Assembly: GCA_963701965.1 (NCBI GenBank)
Contig: OY969695.1
Span: forward strand, 4,000,001 to 4,064,000
Source of the DNA: an uncultured Gemmatimonadales bacterium
GTDB lineage: Bacteria; Gemmatimonadota; Gemmatimonadetes; Gemmatimonadales; Gemmatimonadaceae
Direction of reading: 5' to 3'
Length of the DNA: 64,000 bases
The notes under the pieces were generated by a model. The model was not told the origin of the DNA. It saw only the letters and a list, made by a program, of their open reading frames with translations, and made no database searches. Both the position numbers and the translations under genes were made by a program. How positions within the stretch are numbered: position 1 is the first letter of the stretch; each line of letters starts with the position of its first letter. Below are positions 9,886-18,526 of this stretch, piece by piece.

Positions 9886-11208
9886 ATGCGCGTCCACGTG
9901 GTTGGCGGGGGTCTGGCCGGGTGCGAGGCCGCGTGGCAACTCGCCCAGCGCGGCGTCGGGGTCGTGCTCCACGAGATGCGGCCGGACCGGGCAACGCCGG
10001 CGCATCGGACGGATCGGCTGGCGGAGCTGGTCTGCTCCAACACGTTCAAGAGCACCGAGCGCACCAACGCGCACGGTCTCCTCAAGGAGGAGATGCGGCG
10101 CCTCGGCTCCATGATCCTGGAGGCCGCCGACGCCGCGCGCGTCCCCGCCGGCACGGCGCTGGGCGTCGACCGCGACCGGTTCGCCGAGATCGTGACGGCG
10201 CGGATCACCGCGCACCCGTGCATCACCGTGGAACGCGGCGAGGTGACCACGCTGCCATCTCCGGGCATCATAGCCACGGGCCCCCTGACATCCGATGCCC
10301 TGGCCGGAGCGATGGCCGGCCGCCTCGGGCAGTCGGCGCTGGCGTTCTACGACGCGATCGCGCCGATCGTCGCCGCCGAGTCGATCGACGAAGATGTGGC
10401 GTTTCGCGCGTCGCGTTACGGCAAGGAGACGTCAGGCGAAGTCGCCGAAGGCGCATACACGAACTGCCCGCTCACGCGCGAGGAGTACGACGCGTTTCTC
10501 GATGCGCTGCTCGCGGCCGACCAGCATCAAGGGCACGCGTTCGACGAGGTGCCGTATTTCGAGGGGTGTCTGCCCGTCGAGGTGATGGCTGCGCGCGGCC
10601 GCAATGTGCTGCGCTTCGGCCCCCTCAAGCCCGTCGGGCTGGTCGATCCCCGGCGCCCGGGCCGCCCGTATGCGGTCGTGCAGTTGCGGATGGAGGATCG
10701 GGGCGGCCGGATGTGGAATCTCGTCGGATTCCAAACCCGGTTGCGCATCCCCGAGCAGGAGCGGGTGTTCCGGATGATTCCCGGTCTCGCCCACGCCGAG
10801 TTTCTGCGGTACGGGTCGATCCATCGGAACTCGTATCTCAACGCCCCCGCGGCGCTGACGCCGCATCTCTCGGCGCGCGATGACCCGTCGCTGCTGTTCG
10901 CGGGACAGATCACGGGTGTCGAGGGCTATACCGAGAGCGCCGCCACCGGACTGCTCGCGGGGCGCAACCTGGCGCGTCTCGTCGCGGGCGCGGCGCCGGT
11001 GGTTCCGCCGCCGACCACGATGCTGGGCGCGCTCTACCGGTACTTGCGAGAGGCCGACGCGGCCCATTTCCAGCCGATGAACGCGAATTTCGGCCTGCTC
11101 GACGATCTCGCCGAGCCGGTCCGCGACAAACGCGTCAAGCGCGAGCGGTTCGCGGATCGGGCGCTGGCCGATCTCGACCTCTGGGTGCGGGCGACGGACC
11201 GCGCGTGA
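9886..11208 (+). CDS. trmFO: Methylenetetrahydrofolate-tRNA-(uracil-5)-methyltransferase TrmFO
   Basis: GGGLAGCEAAWQLA, AELVCSNT, FYDAIAPIV, YFEGCLPVE, GQITGVEGY, FQPMNANFG. Confidence 0.96.
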   Translation: MRVHVVGGGLAGCEAAWQLAQRGVGVVLHEMRPDRATPAHRTDRLAELVCSNTFKSTERTNAHGLLKEEMRRLGSMILEAADAARVPAGTALGVDRDRFAEIVTARITAHPCITVERGEVTTLPSPGIIATGPLTSDALAGAMAGRLGQSALAFYDAIAPIVAAESIDEDVAFRASRYGKETSGEVAEGAYTNCPLTREEYDAFLDALLAADQHQGHAFDEVPYFEGCLPVEVMAARGRNVLRFGPLKPVGLVDPRRPGRPYAVVQLRMEDRGGRMWNLVGFQTRLRIPEQERVFRMIPGLAHAEFLRYGSIHRNSYLNAPAALTPHLSARDDPSLLFAGQITGVEGYTESAATGLLAGRNLARLVAGAAPVVPPPTTMLGALYRYLREADAAHFQPMNANFGLLDDLAEPVRDKRVKRERFADRALADLDLWVRATDRA

Positions 11209-12149
11209 GCGATGCCCCGGGCGAGTTCCTCATCCATCTGGAAAAAGAGCGGAACGTCTCCGCGCACACCCTGGTCGCCTATCGCCGCGACCTGGCGCTT
11301 CTCTCGGCGTTCCTGGGGTCATACCACAAGGACGCGGCGTGGTCGTGGGAGTCGGTCGATCACCGCGCGCTCCGGGCGTTCCTCGCCCATCTCACGCGTC
11401 AGGGCTTGAGCAAACGCTCGATCGCCCGGACGATGTCGGCGGTCCGGTCGCTGTACAAGTTCTTGCAGCGTTCCGACGTCGTGGAGACGAACCCGGCGCG
11501 CGCCGTCGGGTCGCCGAAGCTCGATCGCTATCTCCCGAGCTATTTGACGCGCCCGCAGATGGAGACCGTGTTCGCGCTGGCCACGACTCGCGCCATGGAG
11601 GGCGCCATTGCTCACGTGCGGAACCTGGCGATGTTCGAGCTCCTCTACTCGACCGGGGTGCGCGTGTCCGAGTTGCACGGTCTCAACCGCGCCGACGTCG
11701 ATCTGGTCGCCCAGCAGATGAAAGTCCGGGGCAAGGGGCGAAAAGAACGCATTGTGCCCGTGGGCGATCACGCCACGTTGGCGCTCCGGAACTACGAGGC
11801 GAAGCGCGACGAGCTGGTGCACTCGATCGGGCCAACGGCGGACCGGACTGCCGTATTCTTGAACCCGCGCGGCAAGCGTTTGAGCGTGTCGGGCATTCAA
11901 AAGATCGTGTCCCAGTTCCTGGCCGTGGTCGCCGAGGGGGCGGGTCTCAGCACCCACTCGCTCCGCCACACTTTCGCGACGCACCTGCTCAATGGCGGCG
12001 CCGACCTGCGGGCCGTACAGGAGCTCCTAGGCCACGCGTCGGTTTCGACGACGCAGATCTATACGCACACCAGTGTCGAGCGACTCAAGCAGGTCTACCA
12101 AAAGGCGCACCCGAGAGGCGGGACGCGCGACGGGCGCCGGGACCGGTAA
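11205..12149 (+). CDS. xerC: Tyrosine recombinase XerC
   Basis: GVRVSEL, GKGRKERIVP, HSLRHTFATHLL, VQELLGHASVSTTQIYTH; located in the trmFO-xerC-hslVU cluster. Confidence 0.9.
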   Translation: MSDAPGEFLIHLEKERNVSAHTLVAYRRDLALLSAFLGSYHKDAAWSWESVDHRALRAFLAHLTRQGLSKRSIARTMSAVRSLYKFLQRSDVVETNPARAVGSPKLDRYLPSYLTRPQMETVFALATTRAMEGAIAHVRNLAMFELLYSTGVRVSELHGLNRADVDLVAQQMKVRGKGRKERIVPVGDHATLALRNYEAKRDELVHSIGPTADRTAVFLNPRGKRLSVSGIQKIVSQFLAVVAEGAGLSTHSLRHTFATHLLNGGADLRAVQELLGHASVSTTQIYTHTSVERLKQVYQKAHPRGGTRDGRRDR

Positions 12150-12180
12150 CAGTCGCCCGACTCTTGCGTTACGGCGGGGC

Positions 12181-12519
12181 ATGTTGCTGGAGCGGATCTT
12201 GACATCGGTGTTCGGCTCGTTGGCGATGTTTGCCGCCGTTGGCCTGATCGTGGACTCGGCGCTGGCGCCGACCAACGTCTCGGGAGTCGAGCGGCGCCGC
12301 CGAACCCGCGCCGAGCGGAGCCGCGCGGGAGAGCTCCTTTTGGGGTTGGGGCTGTGCAGTCTCGCCGCCGCCATGTTCGGGCTAGATCGCTGGCGCTATA
12401 CGACGGTGGCCGTTCTGACCGGCGCGCTCTTTTTCGCGATCGGCGCGTCCCTGAATTGGCGGTTACTCGTGGAAAGCGTGCGTGTGCGTGGGGCAGCCCG
12501 TCGCCGGTCGAGCGGCTAA
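12181..12519 (+). CDS. Hypothetical small membrane protein (about 3 TM)
   Basis: Three hydrophobic stretches separated by a basic ERRRRTRAER loop; fills the xerC-hslV gap. Confidence 0.6.
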   Translation: MLLERILTSVFGSLAMFAAVGLIVDSALAPTNVSGVERRRRTRAERSRAGELLLGLGLCSLAAAMFGLDRWRYTTVAVLTGALFFAIGASLNWRLLVESVRVRGAARRRSSG

Positions 12520-12528
12520 CTTTCCCGC

Positions 12529-13074
12529 ATGTCCTTCGTACCAACCATATACGCGACGACGATCCTCGCCGTCCGGCGGAACGGTCGTGTCGCGCTCGGC
12601 GGCGACGGCCAGGTGACGGTCGGCGAGACCGTCATGAAGTCCAATGCCCAGAAGGTGCGTGCACTGCGCGGCGGGAAGCTCCTGGCGGGGTTTGCCGGCG
12701 CCGCGGCCGACGCCTTTACGCTCTTTGAGAAGTTCGAAGAGAAGATGGAGCGGTTTCCCGGCAACATGCCACGCGCTGCGGTCGAGCTCGCCAAGGATTG
12801 GCGGAGCGACCGTGTGCTGCGCCGTTTGGAGGCATTGCTGGCCGTCGCCGACAGCACCCATGGATTTGTGATCTCGGGCACGGGCGACATCATCGAGCCC
12901 GACGACGGCATTCTCGCGATCGGGTCCGGCGGCGCCTACGCGCTCGCCTCGGCCCGCGCGCTCGTCGCCAACACCGACCTGTCGGCCGGCGAGGTCGTGC
13001 GCCGGTCATTGGCGATCGCGGCCGACATCTGCATTTATACGAATACCAACATCACTGTACTCGAGCCGTCCTAG
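12529..13074 (+). CDS. hslV: ATP-dependent protease subunit HslV
   Basis: ATTILAVRR (catalytic Thr), [32 protein letters not shown]. Confidence 0.97.
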   Translation: MSFVPTIYATTILAVRRNGRVALGGDGQVTVGETVMKSNAQKVRALRGGKLLAGFAGAAADAFTLFEKFEEKMERFPGNMPRAAVELAKDWRSDRVLRRLEALLAVADSTHGFVISGTGDIIEPDDGILAIGSGGAYALASARALVANTDLSAGEVVRRSLAIAADICIYTNTNITVLEPS

Positions 13075-14564
13075 TGTCATCGAAGCATACCCAGCAAGCC
13101 CTGGCCCGGCTGGCCGATCTGACGCCGCGCCAGATCGTCGCCGAGCTCAATCGCTATATCGTCGGGCAGAGTGAGGCCAAGAAGTCGGTCGCGATCGCGT
13201 TGCGCAACCGGTGGCGCCGGCAGCGCGCCCCCGAGGGCATTCGCGAAGAGATCTCGCCCAACAACATCATCTTGATCGGGCCGACCGGCGTCGGGAAGAC
13301 GGAGATTGCCCGGCGTCTGGCCAAGCTCTCCGGGGCGCCGTTCGTCAAGGTCGAAGCCTCGAAGTTCACCGAAGTCGGGTACGTCGGCCGCGACGTCGAG
13401 GGGATGGTGCGCGATCTGGTCGAGAACGCGATCGACATGGTGCGCACGGAGCGCGAGAGCGAGGTCGAGGACCTGGCCAACGAGCGCGTCGATGAGCGGT
13501 TGCTCGATCTGTTGCTGCCGCGGCCGGAGGCGCCCAAGCCGGTGGCCCAGGCGGCGCCCCAGCCGGCTCCCGCCGCTGCCGTCGGCGCCCAGGCCGACCG
13601 CAACGTCTTCGTCGTGTCTCCGACGGGCGGCGTGACGCAGGAGTTGGCGGAGAACGGCAATGCCGCGCAGGCGCGGTATCAGCGGACGCGGGAGAAGCTC
13701 AAGCAGTTGCTGCTGGACGGCCAGCTCGAGGGGCGCGAGGTCGAAGTCGAGATCACGCACACCGGGCCGCAGATGTTCGACATGATGCTGCCACAGGGCG
13801 CGCCCGAGGGCATGGAGAACTTCATGGAGATGCTGCAGGAGCTGTCGCCCAAGCGCAAGAAGAAGCGCTCGGTGAAAGTCTCCGAGGCGCGGCGGATCCT
13901 GTTGGAGCAGGAGCTGGACAAGCTCATCGACGTCGAGGATGTCACGACCGACGCGCTGGAGCGCGTCGAAAAGCTCGGCATCATCTTCCTGGACGAGATC
14001 GACAAGATCGCGGGCGAACGCGGGCAGGCTGGGGGCGGTCCCGACGTCTCGCGCGAGGGGGTCCAGCGCGATCTCTTGCCGATCGTCGAGGGCTCGAACG
14101 TCCAGACCAAGTACGGCATGGTGAAGACCGACCACGTGCTGTTCATCGCCGCCGGCGCATTTCACGTCTCCAAGCCGAGCGACCTCATTCCCGAGCTGCA
14201 AGGGCGGTTTCCGATTCGTGTCGAGCTCAAGCCGTTGACGGAAGAGGATTTCGTTCGGATCATGACCGAGCCGGAGAATGCGCTCACCAAACAGTATGCG
14301 GCGCTGGTGGAGGCCGAGGGTGCCCAACTGACGTTCACCGCCGAGGGGATCGCCGAGGTGGCGCGCATTGCGGCGCAGGTCAACGACCGCATGGAGAACA
14401 TTGGGGCCCGGCGGTTGCACACCGTGATGACGACGTTGCTCGAGGAGCTGCTGTACGAGCTGCCCGATCGCGGGACGGCACCGGTGACGATCGACGCGCC
14501 CCACGTGCGCGATCGTCTCAAGTCGGTCGTGGAGGACGAAGACCTGCGCCGGTATATCCTGTGA
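13074..14564 (+). CDS. hslU: ATP-dependent protease ATPase subunit HslU
   Basis: [58 protein letters not shown] start overlapping the hslV stop. Confidence 0.97.
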   Translation: MSSKHTQQALARLADLTPRQIVAELNRYIVGQSEAKKSVAIALRNRWRRQRAPEGIREEISPNNIILIGPTGVGKTEIARRLAKLSGAPFVKVEASKFTEVGYVGRDVEGMVRDLVENAIDMVRTERESEVEDLANERVDERLLDLLLPRPEAPKPVAQAAPQPAPAAAVGAQADRNVFVVSPTGGVTQELAENGNAAQARYQRTREKLKQLLLDGQLEGREVEVEITHTGPQMFDMMLPQGAPEGMENFMEMLQELSPKRKKKRSVKVSEARRILLEQELDKLIDVEDVTTDALERVEKLGIIFLDEIDKIAGERGQAGGGPDVSREGVQRDLLPIVEGSNVQTKYGMVKTDHVLFIAAGAFHVSKPSDLIPELQGRFPIRVELKPLTEEDFVRIMTEPENALTKQYAALVEAEGAQLTFTAEGIAEVARIAAQVNDRMENIGARRLHTVMTTLLEELLYELPDRGTAPVTIDAPHVRDRLKSVVEDEDLRRYIL

Positions 14565-15532
14565 GCGCGCCGACCAGTGAGCGCGCGCCGGGCGAGCGGT
14601 TGTCGCCCGGCGCCGCCGAGCCGGCGCACCGGGATTTTCTGACCATCCCCGATTTCACGCGGCGCGAGCTGCTCGGTTTGTTGGCGTTGTCGGAGCGTAT
14701 CCGGAACGGCGAGTACGTGCGGCGGCCGCTCGCCGGCCGTTCGCTGGCGATGATCTTTACCAAGCCGTCGACGCGGACGCGCGTCTCCTTCGAGGTGGGC
14801 GCCTACCAGCTCGGCGGCCAGCCGGTGTTCTTGTCCGGTCGGGACATTCAGATCGGTCGTGGCGAGCCGATCGCCGACACCGCGCGCGTGTTGTCGCGCT
14901 ACGTGCACGGAATCATGATCCGCACGTTTTCGCACGCCGAGGTCGAGGAGCTGGCCCGCTGGTCGACGGTCCCGGTCATCAATGGGCTCACCGACTGGCA
15001 GCATCCCTGCCAGGTGCTCGCCGACATCGCCACGGTACGGCAGCACCGCGGGACCCATGAGGGCATGCGCGTGGCGTGGATCGGCGACGGGAACAACGTC
15101 GCCAACTCCTGGATCGACGCCGCGTACCGGCTGGGGTTTGCGCTGACCTTGGCCTGTCCGGAGGGCTACGATCCCGATCTCGCGCTCGTGCGTCGCGCCG
15201 CGGGCGAGGCTGACGTCCGCGTCGTCCGTGATCCGCTGGAGGCCGTGGAAGGGGCGGACGTCGTGACCACCGACGTGTGGGCCTCGATGGGGCAGGAGGA
15301 AGAGCACGCGGCCCGCGTGCGGGCCTTTGCGGGTTACACCGTCAATGCGGCGATGATGGCCCGCGCGGCGCCGGGCGCCATGTTCCTGCACTGCCTGCCC
15401 GCGCACCGCGGCGAGGAAGTCACCGCGGAGGTCATCGATGGTCCGCGGAGCCACGTGTTCGACGAGGCCGAGCATCGGTTGCACGTGCAAAAGGCGATAC
15501 TGGCCGTTCTCATGGGAGGGGAGCCACTGTGA
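14561..15532 (+). CDS. argF: Ornithine carbamoyltransferase
   Basis: [46 protein letters not shown]. Confidence 0.95.
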   Translation: MSAPTSERAPGERLSPGAAEPAHRDFLTIPDFTRRELLGLLALSERIRNGEYVRRPLAGRSLAMIFTKPSTRTRVSFEVGAYQLGGQPVFLSGRDIQIGRGEPIADTARVLSRYVHGIMIRTFSHAEVEELARWSTVPVINGLTDWQHPCQVLADIATVRQHRGTHEGMRVAWIGDGNNVANSWIDAAYRLGFALTLACPEGYDPDLALVRRAAGEADVRVVRDPLEAVEGADVVTTDVWASMGQEEEHAARVRAFAGYTVNAAMMARAAPGAMFLHCLPAHRGEEVTAEVIDGPRSHVFDEAEHRLHVQKAILAVLMGGEPL

Positions 15533-16044
15533 TCGACGTGGGGAAGGAAGCGCCGGGCTTTTCGGTCCAGGCGGACAATGGTCGGGATGTGACGTTGGCC
15601 TCCTACCGCGGCCGATACGTCGTGCTCTACTTCTATCCAAAGGATGACACGCCGGGGTGCACGACCGAGGCGTGCGAGCTGCGCGACGCTTTTCCGCGGT
15701 TTCGCGCGACGGACGCCGTCGTTTTGGGGGTGAGCCCTGACAGCGTCGCGTCCCATCAGAAGTTCAAGGCGAAGTTCAGCCTGCCCTTTACGCTGTTGGC
15801 GGACACCGACCACGTGATTGCCGAGGCGTACGGGGTGTGGAAGGAGAAGTCGATGTACGGCCGCACGTACTTGGGCGTGGAGCGGACGACGTATCTGATC
15901 GACCCCAACGGGGTCGTGGTGTGTGTCTGGCCCAAGGTGAAGGCCGAGGGGCATGCCGCGGCGGTGGCCGCGGCGCTGGCCGAGGTGAGCGGCGTTTCGA
16001 CGACCGCTCCGGCCAAGAAACAGACGGCCAAGAAGCGGGCGTAA
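15529..16044 (+). CDS. bcp: Thioredoxin-dependent peroxiredoxin Bcp
   Basis: VVLYFYPKDDTPGCTTEAC, GVWKEKSMYGR, ERTTYLID; GTG start overlapping the argF stop. Confidence 0.93.
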   Translation: MIDVGKEAPGFSVQADNGRDVTLASYRGRYVVLYFYPKDDTPGCTTEACELRDAFPRFRATDAVVLGVSPDSVASHQKFKAKFSLPFTLLADTDHVIAEAYGVWKEKSMYGRTYLGVERTTYLIDPNGVVVCVWPKVKAEGHAAAVAAALAEVSGVSTTAPAKKQTAKKRA

Positions 16045-16053
16045 GGGTTGGGG

Positions 16054-16095
16054 AACACCGGTTGGGTGACCCCCGTCACCCAACCGGCTGTTTAT
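16054..16095 (+). terminator. Intrinsic terminator after bcp
   Basis: CCGGTTGGGTGAC-CCCC-GTCACCCAACCGG perfect 13-bp stem followed by CTGTTTAT. Confidence 0.7.
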
Positions 16096-16102
16096 CGTCC
16101 TT

Positions 16103-16267
16103 GTACGAGGATTGAGCCCGGATAGCCAGGGCCAACTCCCGATGGGGGAGCCTTAAACCCGCGCCGGACCACGTGTTACATACGCGGCCCGAGCTCGTTT
16201 GGTGTGACGCGACAGTCTCGCAGCGTGACGGTACCGCCAGCGGGAATCCCTAGCTTGGTCCTCGTAC
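16103..16267 (+). ncRNA. Candidate structured RNA (cis-regulatory leader or 6S-like RNA) upstream of the minor-pilin operon
   Basis: 16103-16117 (GTACGAGGATTGAGC) pairs fully with 16253-16267 (GCTTGGTCCTCGTAC): 12 WC + 3 G-U, valid on + strand only. Nested stems AGGG/CCCT, TCCCGATGG/CCAGCGGGA and TTAAAC/GTTTGG lie inside. Confidence 0.55.
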
Positions 16268-16311
16268 CAACGGGACTCCCAACCCCGGGAGACTCGTATG
16301 CGAGGACTATT

Positions 16312-16914
16312 ATGGACCGGTTGATCGCGACGCGAGGGCGGCGGGGCTACACGCTGGTGGAAATGCTGATCGTGGTCACCATGATCGCGATCATCACCGC
16401 GTTCGCCATGCCCCACATCGACTATCAGGCGTATCGCCAGGATGCCGCGGTGCGCGGGGTGCGGGGTGCGCTGCAGCAGGCGCAGGCCTACGCCGTGAGC
16501 TCGCAGCACAACGTGTTCGTCAATGTCGATCAGCCGAAGGGTGTGTTGTACGTCGTCTACGACTACAACGACAATCTCACGTGGGACTCGGGGAACAACG
16601 AGCATGTGCTCGCGGTGCCCCTGCAAGACGGTGTGGTGATCGCGCAACCCACGGTGGTGTTGCCGTCGGTCGGTGCGCCGACGGCCGGGATCGGCATGAC
16701 GACCCCGGCGACGGTGACCGTGACCGGCAAGACGTCATCGCAGCTCGGTTTCGTGTATCGCGCCGACGGCGCGGTCTCGACCGACGTGCAGATCTATCTC
16801 AACTCGAAGCGCCATGCGGTCCGGGATTGGCGGGCGTTGAACGTGACGCCGGCGACCGGGCGCGTGGATTGGTACAAGCTGGTGAACGGTGTCTGGGTCA
16901 AGGGAGGCTTCTGA
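16312..16914 (+). CDS. Minor pilin/pseudopilin, FimT/GspH-like
   Basis: Class III signal RRG|YTLVEMLIVV; GAGGA RBS 5 nt before ATG 16312; ALQQAQAYAV helix typical of FimT/GspH. Confidence 0.85.
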   Translation: MDRLIATRGRRGYTLVEMLIVVTMIAIITAFAMPHIDYQAYRQDAAVRGVRGALQQAQAYAVSSQHNVFVNVDQPKGVLYVVYDYNDNLTWDSGNNEHVLAVPLQDGVVIAQPTVVLPSVGAPTAGIGMTTPATVTVTGKTSSQLGFVYRADGAVSTDVQIYLNSKRHAVRDWRALNVTPATGRVDWYKLVNGVWVKGGF

Positions 16915-17327
16915 TGCGCGCGTCAGGGCGGGGCCCCACGGCGGGCATGACGTTGATCGAGGTCCTGGTGGCGCTCGTGATCCTCGCGGGGTCGCTCGTG
17001 GCCATGGGCAACTTCATGGGGCAGTTCACGCACGCGCAGCGGATCGCGTCGCTGCGCCAGGATGCGATCGACATCGCGTCGGACGTCCTCGATTCGGCGT
17101 CGCATGACTCGACGGCGGCCGCGGTGTCCCACGACTACGCCGGGACGCGGTCGGTGACGCGGGACAATGCCACGTTCACGCGCGTGACGACGGTGAAGCA
17201 GATGGGCAGTGCTACGACCGGTACGTACGACTACTTCATTGTGACCGCGACCGTCACGCCGCCGGGGAACGTCATGTCGAGCGGCGCCCGGTTGATGCCG
17301 GTCTCGAAGACCATCGTCGTCCAATAA
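16914..17327 (+). CDS. Minor pilin, PilV/GspI-like
   Basis: AG|MTLIEVLVALVIL prepilin motif; ATG overlaps the upstream TGA. Confidence 0.85.
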   Translation: MRASGRGPTAGMTLIEVLVALVILAGSLVAMGNFMGQFTHAQRIASLRQDAIDIASDVLDSASHDSTAAAVSHDYAGTRSVTRDNATFTRVTTVKQMGSATTGTYDYFIVTATVTPPGNVMSSGARLMPVSKTIVVQ

Positions 17328-17331
17328 TCCC

Positions 17332-18513
17332 ATGCGCACTCACTTTGCCCGTTCCAACCGCCGCGGTTTCACGCTGGCCGAAATGATCATCGCCGTGACG
17401 ATGTTGTCGATGTTCGGCGCCAGCGCGATCACGTTCTACTTGCGCAGTCTGCGGTCGGTGACGAACACCGCCGGCCGGAACGACGCGCAGCAGAACGCCA
17501 CGTACGCGCTGGACTTCATCGATCACGACCTGCGCATCGCGGGCACCGGGCTCGCGCCCAGCCAGTCGTTGCTGGTCGAAGCCAATGGGCGGGCGGTGGC
17601 GTTCAACGGCGATCTCATCACGCACGACACGACGGCGACGGCGCCGGGGACCTACTACGATCCCAGCGTCGACGACAGCGTGGTCCTGGCCTGGCAGCAG
17701 TCGCGCGCCGGTGCGTTGCCGCTGACCAACATCGCGTATCCGGAGAGCACGTACTACGCGAACGGTGGAGCAACCGGGCCGATCGGCGGGGCGGAGACGA
17801 TTCAGTTCTGGGTGGCTTCGGACACGACCAACCCGCTGCCGAACCGGTATAAGCTCTGGCGGCGGGTCAACAACAACTCGCCCGTCGTCGTGGCCGAGAA
17901 CATCTATCTGGCGACGCCGACCACGCCCGTGTTCCAGTACTGGCGGACGCAGACCGCAGCCCCGGGCGCCGGCGTGAACTCGAATGCCCTCGTGCCGCTG
18001 ACGGCGGCGCAGGTCCCGCTGTACCACGTGCGCAACGACACGGTGCAGCAGAACAAGTTGAACAACATTCGCGCGGTGCGGGTCACGCTGACCAGCGCCT
18101 ATCGCGATCCACAGCGGAACGTGGACGTGCTGCGGACGGTCAACGAGCAGATCGAGATGCCCAACGCGGGCGCGACGAACGTCAACCAGTGCGGCGGCAG
18201 CCCCGGCGCGCCGGCGGGCCTGTCGGCGACGCCCAGCGCGGGCGGTCAGGACACCGTCGGGTTGTCGTGGACGAATTCGGCCGATGATGGCGCGGGCCGC
18301 AACACGGTCCGCATGTACCTGATCTATCGCAAGCTGCACGCCGATTCGTTGTACGCGCCAATGTTCAGCGTGACGGCGACCGGCGTGGGGACGTACAACT
18401 ATAGTGACACCCAAGTGACGCTAGGGCAGTCGTACGACTACAGCCTGGCGGCGCGGGACTGCACACCGTCCCTCTCGTCGTTCGTCACGGCGACGAACGT
18501 GACACCCAACTAG
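17332..18513 (+). CDS. Minor pilin, PilW/GspJ-like, with C-terminal fibronectin type III-like domain
   Basis: RRG|FTLAEMIIAV; DHDLRIAG motif; C-terminal PAGLSAT..LSWT..YLIYRK..YSDT..YDYSLAARD FnIII pattern. Confidence 0.82.
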   Translation: MRTHFARSNRRGFTLAEMIIAVTMLSMFGASAITFYLRSLRSVTNTAGRNDAQQNATYALDFIDHDLRIAGTGLAPSQSLLVEANGRAVAFNGDLITHDTTATAPGTYYDPSVDDSVVLAWQQSRAGALPLTNIAYPESTYYANGGATGPIGGAETIQFWVASDTTNPLPNRYKLWRRVNNNSPVVVAENIYLATPTTPVFQYWRTQTAAPGAGVNSNALVPLTAAQVPLYHVRNDTVQQNKLNNIRAVRVTLTSAYRDPQRNVDVLRTVNEQIEMPNAGATNVNQCGGSPGAPAGLSATPSAGGQDTVGLSWTNSADDGAGRNTVRMYLIYRKLHADSLYAPMFSVTATGVGTYNYSDTQVTLGQSYDYSLAARDCTPSLSSFVTATNVTPN

Positions 18514-18526
18514 TCAGGAGCCTTCG

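Noticed and set aside
11205..12149. Tyrosine recombinase as a phage or island integrase
   Set aside because: Size, motifs and the trmFO-xerC-hslVU context indicate housekeeping XerC.
16225..16240. T-box antiterminator (GGTACCGCC) and glmS-like (ACGAGGAT, AACTCCCG) matches in the pilin leader
   Set aside because: The T-box UGGN bulge and the glmS AGCGCC core are absent, and the downstream genes do not fit either family.
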